Shown here piece after piece: positions 46,745 to 54,800 of a stretch of 64,000 nt of DNA; within the stretch, counting starts at the first letter, position 1; every line of letters starts with the position of its first letter. Both the position numbers and the translations under genes were made by a program. The stretch is from the NCBI GenBank assembly GCA_017517035.1, contig JAFXAN010000121.1, forward strand, positions 95,619 through 159,618, read 5' to 3'. The DNA is from Clostridia bacterium. Lineage in GTDB: Bacteria > Bacillota > Clostridia > Oscillospirales > CAG-272. Under the pieces are notes generated by a model, which did not search any database, was not told where the DNA came from, and saw nothing but the letters and a program-made list of their open reading frames with translations.

Positions 46745-47652
46745 GTTTCTCTTATAAGCAGATAATCTGCAAGTGCGATAAGATTTTCCGAGCCTTTATA
46801 TGATGAGATCGCATTTTTTGCCTCTTTCGTCAGTGAAAAAGCATATTTTTCAGCTTCCTCAATGCTCATATAGCTGAGGAATGTGCTTTTTTCATTCTCA
46901 GCATCGCTACCGATAGGCTTGCCGAGAAGCTTTTCGTCTCCTGTAACATCAAGAATATCGTCCTTTATCTGAAAAGCAAGTCCGATTCCCTTTGCATAGC
47001 AAAGTGCATCCTTCATTCTTTTATCATCATCGGGAACTCCCGCCGCATATGCTCCCAGCTTTACAGAAGCTTCAATCAAAGCACCTGTCTTCAGCGATTG
47101 CAGCTTTTTCAGATCTTCGGTACAGAGCTTTCTTTTCTCGCCCTCAATATCCATAATTTGTCCGCCAACCATTCCTCTCTCGGCAGCAGCATCAGACAAT
47201 GCTATGACCGCAAGAAGAGTAAATTTGCTGTCAACATAAGGATTTGATGCCGCAACTCCAAAAGCCTTAAGCGCAAGTGCATCTCCTGCAAGAAGTGCTG
47301 TTGCTTCACCGAAAACTATATGATTCGTAGGCTTTCCACGGCGCAGCGAATCATTATCCATTGATGGAAGATCATCATGGATAAGAGAAAAAGCATGGAT
47401 CATTTCGAGAGCTGCAGCAAAGGGCAATGCGCCCTTAATATCGCCACCGAAAAGCTTACATATCTCAAGAGCAAGATAAGGTCTTATACGCTTTCCGGGT
47501 GCCAAAAGGCTGTATTTCATCGAATCTTCAACGCTTTTTGTATCCTTATCCTCCTCTGAAAAGGTGCTCACAAGATATTCCTCAACAAGAGAAGCTGCCT
47601 TTTTCATTGAAGAAAAAAGTCCGTCAAAATTTTTATTCATCTTCTGCATCAA
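46741..47652 (-). CDS. ispA: polyprenyl (farnesyl/geranylgeranyl) diphosphate synthase
   Basis: FARM motif LIHDDLPSMDNDSLRRG and SARM motif FQIKDDILD. Confidence 0.85.
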   Translation of the reverse strand: MMQKMNKNFDGLFSSMKKAASLVEEYLVSTFSEEDKDTKSVEDSMKYSLLAPGKRIRPYLALEICKLFGGDIKGALPFAAALEMIHAFSLIHDDLPSMDNDSLRRGKPTNHIVFGEATALLAGDALALKAFGVAASNPYVDSKFTLLAVIALSDAAAERGMVGGQIMDIEGEKRKLCTEDLKKLQSLKTGALIEASVKLGAYAAGVPDDDKRMKDALCYAKGIGLAFQIKDDILDVTGDEKLLGKPIGSDAENEKSTFLSYMSIEEAEKYAFSLTKEAKNAISSYKGSENLIALADYLLIRET

Positions 47653-47869
47653 AATCCTTCTCGGAGAGATTTCCGCTCTCGTCCTTCTGCAATATCTTTA
47701 TCTTCTTCTCCGCTTCATCAAGCATTCCGCCGCAGGTGCGAACAAGCCCAATGCCCTCCTCATAGAGAGCAAGTGCGCCATCAAGATCAGCACTCCCATT
47801 TTCAAGGCTTCTTACTATTTCTTCAAGACGAAGCATTGATTTTTCAAAATTCTGTGTTTTTTCTGCCAT
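47633..47869 (-). CDS. xseB: exodeoxyribonuclease VII small subunit
   Basis: 78 aa. FEKSMLRLEEIVRSLENG is typical of XseB. It sits directly downstream of xseA. Confidence 0.85.
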   Translation of the reverse strand: MAEKTQNFEKSMLRLEEIVRSLENGSADLDGALALYEEGIGLVRTCGGMLDEAEKKIKILQKDESGNLSEKDFDAEDE

Positions 47870-49090
47870 TTATTTTTCCTCTGTTTTTATATCGCTTACA
47901 GTTGCTGTTATCTCTCCGTCAGAGAGAATATTTCGGATGATATCACCTTTTTTTATGCCCTTGACCGATTTTAAAATACAACCATTTCTATCATAGCTTA
48001 CTCCATATCCTCTTGAAAGCACCGCCAAGGGGCTTAGTGCCTCAAGTGATGCGACTTTTTCTTTATAAAGCGATCTTTTTCTCTCAAATATTCTGCCGAA
48101 ATTTCCATCAAGACGATCAAGAAGCTGCGTTACCTTCATTCTCTTGGTGTCGATGAAATTCATGGGTGAACGAAGAAAAGGGGATGCAGACAGCACTGTG
48201 AGCTTTTTTCTTCTACTGTCAACATAAGCATTTGCCAGAAGCGAAAGCTTCTTTTTGGCGTTTTCAAGTCTGATATAAAGCTCTGACACATCCGGTACCG
48301 CAAGCTCTGCGGCAGCGGATGGTGTCGATGCCCTCACATCCGCAACAAAATCGCATATTGTAAAATCGCTTTCATGTCCGACTGCCGAGATCACGGGGAT
48401 TTCCGATGCAAAGATCTCCCTTGCAAGAGCCTCACTGTTAAATTCCCAAAGATCCTCGATGGAGCCGCCTCCTCTTCCGATAATAATAACATCCACATTT
48501 TTCATTTCATTGAAGTATCTTATTCCCGATGCAAGCTGTGCGGCTGCTCCCGCTCCTTGAACAAGAGAAGGATAAAGAAGCATCTCGGCAATGGGGAATC
48601 TTCTGCCGAGTATCCTCGTCATATCACGAATTGCAGCACCCGTAGGTGATGTTATTATTCCGACACGGCCGGGGTATCTTGGAAGCTGCTTTTTATATTT
48701 TTCATCAAAAAGCCCCTCCTCATAAAGCTTCTGCTTTAATTGCTCATAAGCATAGTAAAGCGAGCCGATACCGTCCGGCTGAAGATCATCAACAATGATC
48801 TGATATCTGCCCGAATCCTCATAAAGAGAAATCCTACCGTGTGCAACAACCTTAAGTCCGTCCTTTGGAATGAAAGGAAGCTTTGAGGCATACGAGCGCC
48901 ACATGACCCCCGCAATTGCCGCCTTTTCATCCTTTAGCGAAAAATAAAGATGTCCCGATGAATATATCTTGAAATTCGACAGCTCACCTCTGACATATAT
49001 ATCCGAAATAAAAGCGTCATTCTCAAGCAATTCTTTCGTATATCCGTTGAGCTGGGCTACCGTCACTATAACCTTTTTATATGGATCCAT
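47870..49090 (-). CDS. xseA: exodeoxyribonuclease VII large subunit
   Basis: OB-fold N-terminus (TVAQLNGYTKELLE..VRGELSNFK) and catalytic-domain blocks. The start MDPYKK at 49090 is preferred over the 36-codon track extension. Confidence 0.9.
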   Translation of the reverse strand: MDPYKKVIVTVAQLNGYTKELLENDAFISDIYVRGELSNFKIYSSGHLYFSLKDEKAAIAGVMWRSYASKLPFIPKDGLKVVAHGRISLYEDSGRYQIIVDDLQPDGIGSLYYAYEQLKQKLYEEGLFDEKYKKQLPRYPGRVGIITSPTGAAIRDMTRILGRRFPIAEMLLYPSLVQGAGAAAQLASGIRYFNEMKNVDVIIIGRGGGSIEDLWEFNSEALAREIFASEIPVISAVGHESDFTICDFVADVRASTPSAAAELAVPDVSELYIRLENAKKKLSLLANAYVDSRRKKLTVLSASPFLRSPMNFIDTKRMKVTQLLDRLDGNFGRIFERKRSLYKEKVASLEALSPLAVLSRGYGVSYDRNGCILKSVKGIKKGDIIRNILSDGEITATVSDIKTEEK

Positions 49091-50057
49091 TTTGATCTGT
49101 CCTCTCGGAAAGATATTTTTTTCTGCAAAGCAAAGCCGTGCCCGCCGCATTGTCAGATGAGAAAACAGGCTCGGCAAAAAATGTATTTTTTCTATCACTT
49201 AGCATATTCTTTATAATGGAGTTGCTCATAACACCTCCCGAATACACAACGGGAAGCTCTCCAAATTTTTCCACAAGATTTTCGGTGAGAGTAACGAGCG
49301 TTCTGCCAACAAAATCAAAAACAGCGGCGCTGACAAGTGCCTTATCCCCGCTCTCGCTATATAGCTTTGCGGCTTGATTCTCCATTCCGGATGCGTTGCA
49401 GGAAAGCCCCTTTACCGAAACTCTGAACTTCGGCACTTTTTTATCATTTTGAAGGGCAAAACTCTCCATTTCACGCCCGCAGGGGAAAGAAAATCCCATA
49501 TTCACTCCCGCACGATCGATGACCTGTCCGAAATTCAGATCCTCGGTTCCGCCAACAAGCTGGGCAGAAAAAGAGCTTTCATTCGGCTTTACAATAAGTA
49601 TTTCAGTCGTTCCTCCCGAAACATGAAATGCGGCAAATCTCTCGGTCTGCATAAGGTCAAGTCCGCCCGAGGAATAAAGTGCCGCCATTATATGTCCGCT
49701 CTGATGGGAAAAATCGAAAAGTGGAGCATCGGATGCTGCCGCCATTGCATATGCTGCATTTTTGCCAACAAGAAAGCAAGGCATATATGAGCCTTCGGCA
49801 TCTCTCGGCTTTGAGGAATAGCCTATCGCCGCAATTTTTCTGCCCGCAAGAATGCTTTTAGCCTCATAGAGCAACGAAGGAAGATTCTTGACATGGGCAA
49901 AAACCGCATCACTTTGCCTCAGGCCTCGCTCTCCCTGCTTTACGGGAAGGAGCTGCTTCAAGTTCGCGACAATCTCGCCATTTTCATCGGCAATGGCAAC
50001 AGATGTGGTATAGTTACTCGTATCAATGCCCACAAAGCAAAGTCCGCATTCGGTCAT
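49077..50057 (-). CDS. Kae1/TsaD (glycoprotease, ASKHA-fold) family paralog
   Basis: 326 aa with GIDTSNYTTSVA (phosphate-1-like), HQSGH (HxxxH metal motif as in TsaD) and a C-terminal SGGVMSN block. It differs from canonical TsaD (GIETSCDET). Confidence 0.5.
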   Translation of the reverse strand: MTECGLCFVGIDTSNYTTSVAIADENGEIVANLKQLLPVKQGERGLRQSDAVFAHVKNLPSLLYEAKSILAGRKIAAIGYSSKPRDAEGSYMPCFLVGKNAAYAMAAASDAPLFDFSHQSGHIMAALYSSGGLDLMQTERFAAFHVSGGTTEILIVKPNESSFSAQLVGGTEDLNFGQVIDRAGVNMGFSFPCGREMESFALQNDKKVPKFRVSVKGLSCNASGMENQAAKLYSESGDKALVSAAVFDFVGRTLVTLTENLVEKFGELPVVYSGGVMSNSIIKNMLSDRKNTFFAEPVFSSDNAAGTALLCRKKYLSERTDQNGSI

Positions 50058-50473
50058 GCCTTTTCTCCAACATCGTTTTTAACAGAGTTAAGGATACCGT
50101 TGATAAATGCCTTTGCCTTTTCGTCATCAAATTTCTTGGTAAGCTCAACGGCTTCATTTATGGAAACTCTCGAAGGAATATCATCCGCAAAAGCAAGCTC
50201 ATAGACCGCAAGTCGCAAAATTGCTCTTGAAACCCTTGTGAGTCTCTCGGTCTTCCAGCCCACCGAATGCTTTGAGATGAGGGCATCAATCTCTTCCCTT
50301 TTCTCGCATATTTCAAAATAAGTTTTCTTTATGAAATTGTCCTTTGGAATCTCACGCATTTCAGATGAAGTCTCAAATATGATCTCCTTTTCCTCATCTG
50401 ATCTGAATTCTGTTTCGTACAACAGCCCGACAAGGTGCTCACGGGCTTCTCTTCTTGAAATTCTTACTGCCAT
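50054..50473 (-). CDS. nusB: transcription antitermination factor NusB
   Basis: SRREAREHLVGLLYE...AILRLAVYEL are hallmark NusB blocks. The start MAVRIS at 50473 is preferred. Confidence 0.9.
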   Translation of the reverse strand: MAVRISRREAREHLVGLLYETEFRSDEEKEIIFETSSEMREIPKDNFIKKTYFEICEKREEIDALISKHSVGWKTERLTRVSRAILRLAVYELAFADDIPSRVSINEAVELTKKFDDEKAKAFINGILNSVKNDVGEKA

Positions 50474-50604
50474 GTATCTCTGTCCTTTCAAAAACACTAT
50501 TATATATTGTATATTATTTTCGTTAAAAAGTCAATCGAAAAATGAATATTTTTTCTGAATATTCACATTTTTTCGTATATTTATTTTTTGGGAGTAGATT
50601 TTGA

Positions 50605-51594
50605 ATGAAAAAAGCCATTTATTCCGCATTTGTTTTGACAATAGTTATAATTTCACTTGTTATCGGGGGACAGATAATTCATAAGGCAGAAGAAGTTGCG
50701 ATCTCCGCAAGCTCTGAAGGCATTAAATGGGTCGACTTCTCTGTGCCAAAGGCGGCTCTTGACGATGCCCTGTCGCTTGATATATCAACAAGCAACAGTG
50801 AAAATCACATTCCCATTTATCAATCTCTCGCTTATCTTGCCGCCAAAAATTACGGAAGCTTTAAAAGCTACAAAAAAGGTTATCTTACAAGCATCGAAAA
50901 TGACCTTTTTTCACTCTCCAAAAAAATGGCAGAAAACAAGTTATATAACTATTATCTTAAAGCATATAGTGCGCTTCTTTCAGGATTTGTCGGAAATTAC
51001 ACAAAAATTTCAGCAAGCGGCGAAAAAGAAAACGGATATGGACTTCGTGTTTTTTCCCCCATTGCAGAGGGATTTTACTATCGGGATTATGATGATTTCG
51101 GTGCTTCCCGCTCTTATGGCTACAAGCGATCACATCTCGGGCATGATATGCTTGGAAGCATCGGTACACCGATAATTGCCGTTGAAAGCGGAAGAGTTGA
51201 AGCTGTTGGATGGAATCAATACGGGGGATGGAGAATAGGAATACGAAGCTTTGACGGCTTGCGGTATTATTACTATGCTCATTTAAGAAAAGACCATCCA
51301 TATAACGACATTTATGAAGGCAAAATCGTGAATGCAGGTGAGGTTATCGGCTATCTTGGAATGACGGGATACAGCTCAAAGGAAAACACAAACAATATTG
51401 ACACACCGCATCTTCATTTTGGAATTGAGTTGATTTTTTCGCCCGAGCAAAAGGACGGTTATAATCAAATTTGGATTGACTGCTATGCAATTTCTCAGTT
51501 TTTGTTCAAAAACCGCAGCGAGGTTGTCTATAACAAAGAAACAAAGGAATACAATGCAAAATATTATTATTCCTATCCCGAAGATCCGGATTGA
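50605..51594 (+). CDS. M23 family (LytM-type) metallopeptidase with N-terminal TM anchor
   Basis: HLGHDM (HxxxD) and PHLHFGIE (HxH) motifs; N-terminal hydrophobic anchor. Confidence 0.8.
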   Translation: MKKAIYSAFVLTIVIISLVIGGQIIHKAEEVAISASSEGIKWVDFSVPKAALDDALSLDISTSNSENHIPIYQSLAYLAAKNYGSFKSYKKGYLTSIENDLFSLSKKMAENKLYNYYLKAYSALLSGFVGNYTKISASGEKENGYGLRVFSPIAEGFYYRDYDDFGASRSYGYKRSHLGHDMLGSIGTPIIAVESGRVEAVGWNQYGGWRIGIRSFDGLRYYYYAHLRKDHPYNDIYEGKIVNAGEVIGYLGMTGYSSKENTNNIDTPHLHFGIELIFSPEQKDGYNQIWIDCYAISQFLFKNRSEVVYNKETKEYNAKYYYSYPEDPD

Positions 51595-51617
51595 GATTAT
51601 GTTGATATGCATTATTC

Positions 51618-51785
51618 AAACAATAATTTGTCGAACAGGCGAAGGCGTGTTTTTGTAGGGGACGGCGACCACGACGTCCCTCAAAAAGCATGAAATAACC
51701 GTGAATTTCAAATGAAAAATGGGACGTCGTGGTCGCCGTCCCCTACAGATTTGCGTTATGTCGCCTCACCGATAAATTACTGTTT
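51618..51785. mobile_element. MITE-like intergenic element, copy D
   Basis: AAACAATAATTTGTCGAACAG ... CACCGATAAATTACTGTTT. Its cargo is a perfect 26-bp inverted repeat (51655-51680 / 51721-51746) around a 40-nt loop. Confidence 0.6.
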
Positions 51786-51802
51786 ACAGCATATTTTTAA
51801 TC

Positions 51803-51841
51803 AAAAAAGCGGGACTGAAGCAAAACATTTGCTTCAGTCCC
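51803..51841 (-). terminator. rho-independent terminator after giant gene 1
   Basis: GGGACTGAAGCAAA / TTTGCTTCAGTCCC 14-bp stem followed by a T-run on the reverse strand. Confidence 0.75.
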
Positions 51842-51847
51842 AAAATA

Positions 51848-54800
51848 TTATTCGATAATATTTGAATATGAGAACTTTCTGTCAGCGCCTGCGCCGAATC
51901 TTGTCAGAACAATCTCTCCATCGGGAGTGATGGTGATAACGCTGAAGCAGTTTTCGGTATAGTCGCCTCTTGTCATGGAAACATCGGTAGAAGAATATGT
52001 CTCAATGCAGTCATTATTCACACCGATGAAGAATATCGCATCCTCAGCAACCGCATCTCCATAATTATAAGTTACACTTCCCTTGTATGTTTCGTCAGTT
52101 CCGTAATATGTGGAAAGGTCAAGATGCCAATGTCCGCCAATGGTGAATATTGTTCCGTCATAACCTATCTCTGAGAAGTCATAAGCCTTATTTGCATTGC
52201 CTATGAGTGTCTGCATATTCTTGTTTCCGTGAGTTACGGTCATTTCAACACTATATCCGCCCTTAAAAGCAGAAAGTATCTTATAGATCTTTTCCTGTGC
52301 AAGAGAATTTTCGGTATTTGATGCCATCTGATGACCTGCGAAAACAACATCATAGTATTCACCGTTCTTATCACATGGCACGGAATTCAGCGCATTGTAG
52401 ATAAAATCATACTGCGTGGGAAGAACATTGTTCCACATTGTATGTCCAAGAGTATAATACTCAGTCAAACTGCAGCTTCCTGTGTTGATGACAATATATC
52501 TGATTCCGTTTTCTTCATCATCGTAGTAATAATGCATCTTTGCCCAAGCAATAAATTCTTCCTTCATCTGCTCGGGGGTATATGTAACGCCATAATTACT
52601 GTCCTCAGAGCCTGCTGCGGAGAAATCAAGTGAATCAACAAGAGAGAGCATAGCCTCGTCAAAGACAACATTCTTTTTATTTGCAATGTTCTTAACTGTT
52701 ACATCGTAGATATAGGAATCAGGAACGAGATAATCTGTGGCATAATATCCGTCGACACCCTCGTCAACATCGCCGTTATCAAGAGTTGTCCATGTTGTGA
52801 TATTAGAATCATGGTTACCTACTGTGAAAAGTCCGTCCTCACCGAAAATATCATAGAAATAATCTCCCATTGATATGTCGAGCAATTCTTTGCTCTTTTC
52901 GAGTGTAGGCTCACCCGAATAGGGGTCACCGAGATTGATAACTGTATCAATTCCCGTGAGCATCTTTACATATTTGATAAGTGAAGCTGATTTCCTTGTG
53001 TTTCTTGTACCGGAGCTCTGGAAATGAGTATCGGTATAAGCTATGAAGGATTTACCCTCGGGAATATCTCCAAGCTTTTCGTTTATATGCTCAAGCCAAT
53101 AGCTATCAATTTCGGGAAGTGTGAACTTAATGTTTTTACCGCAGACGACTCTGCTGACATTATCGGCATCCGAAGCGCTGAAGCCTGATTCTTCAAGCTC
53201 GATTTCACTTGCACTATCGGTGAGATATACAGCAACATTCTTGCCCCCATAAAGAGGATCTGCAAAGAGATATCCTTCAACTTTCTCTGCGGGTGCAAAT
53301 GTGTTATATGTGCAATCCATAAGCACATTATAGAGAGGATTGTTGCCCTTTTCAAGGATTACAGCACCGCCGCAAAGCATTCCGAGAGTGGTCTTATAGA
53401 GCGAATTGCTTTCATATCCCGCTTCCTTTTCCCTCTCGAATACGACAAGGTATGTGCCGTCTTCCTTTTCCCAGATCTCATAACCGCAGTTTACGATCTC
53501 GGACTTATACTGAGCCTCACCTTCAAACCTTGTAACGGTTACCGAGAATCTGAAGCCACCGTCTGTTTTAACATAGTTATTTACAAACTCACCGCCACTA
53601 TAGATCGGAGTCTTTATCACATTGCTTGCGGGAGTTACAAATTCTCCGCCCTCAAGCTTAAGAAGTGAATTTTCCTCTCCGAAGCTCTCGGCATATTTCG
53701 CAAAATTCGCCGCAGTTGCAACGATCGAGCCGCACTCAACAAGCTCATAATTGCTATATGCGTTCTTATAGAAGCTGAAAACTGTGCGAAGACCGTTATA
53801 GCCGCTTGTTCTTACCTGATAACCCGCAATGCTCATACCGGATTTATAGAATGCTGTGACGCTCGATGCAGCAACACCGCCCTCAGCGAGTGCTGCATTT
53901 ATCGCTTCGGCATCCGCATAGCTCTGACACTTAATTATAAGTCCGCTGTTTGAACCGTCAAATGTAGTGGATTTGATAAGCTCGGCAGGAGCATAATAAT
54001 TGATGGTTTTAAGCGCTGTGCAATCCTTGAATGCACCGTCAGCGATAACCTCAAAGGTTTCGGGGATCTCAAGATAAGCAAGCTTTGAGCAGCCTGCAAA
54101 TGTAGTTGCATAGATAGTGGGAGTATTCTGCGTGGTTTCGTTGCTGTGTGTTGTATTATCAAGCTTTGGAAGAATTACTGTTGTGATCTCACCGCAATTC
54201 TCGAAAAGTCGCTTTGCAAAGACTGTGGGAGAATCATCACGGTTACAGTTCATGCCGCTGAAATCCACAACACCCATCTTCATATCCGCTTCATCACCGA
54301 AATAAACGGTAGTAAGAGATGTGCAGTTTGCAAAAGCTCTGCATTCCGAATAATCAAGAACTCTTGCGTTCTTTGGGAAGCAAACAGAAATAAGATTTTC
54401 AGCACCGACAAAGGCATCACCGGGAATTATCTTTCTGAAAATACCGGTAAACACGATATGCTCTGTCTTGTCCTTATAAGCATTCATGAATGTGCTTACC
54501 TCGGCAATCGACATCTTCCATTCCCAGCTGCCTGCATTTACACCGTCAATCGTGATCTTTTTACTTTCGGGATGATAAGTCATTATGCAAGCAAGTGTAT
54601 CACCGTTATAAAGCTCAACGGTATGGCTTGTGTTAAAGCCAAACTTTGTTGCAAAGGCATGAGCAGTGCTGCCAATGGGAGCATTGATAGTTTCAAGCGA
54701 GGTGCAATTCCAAAAAGCATTATCGGTATGCTTTGCAATTATATCTGCCTTTGTTTCTGCAGTTGCAGCATAGATGATCGGTGAGTTGCTATTGAATGTA

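Noticed and set aside
50543-50565. TGAATATT direct repeat and TGAATATTCA palindrome between nusB and the M23 peptidase gene; considered as an ArgR (ARG box) operator because argR is nearby
   Set aside because: The half-site spacing does not fit the TGAAT-N4-ATTCA ARG-box layout as I remember it. It is a single short AT-rich site in an AT-rich promoter region, so the evidence is insufficient.
6477-51785. Whether the repeated GC-rich hairpins represent a CRISPR array or tRNA/ncRNA genes
   Set aside because: The copies are kilobases apart with no regular repeat-spacer periodicity, no cas genes are present, and no cloverleaf or conserved tRNA boxes were seen. They fit dispersed MITE/REP-like elements better.
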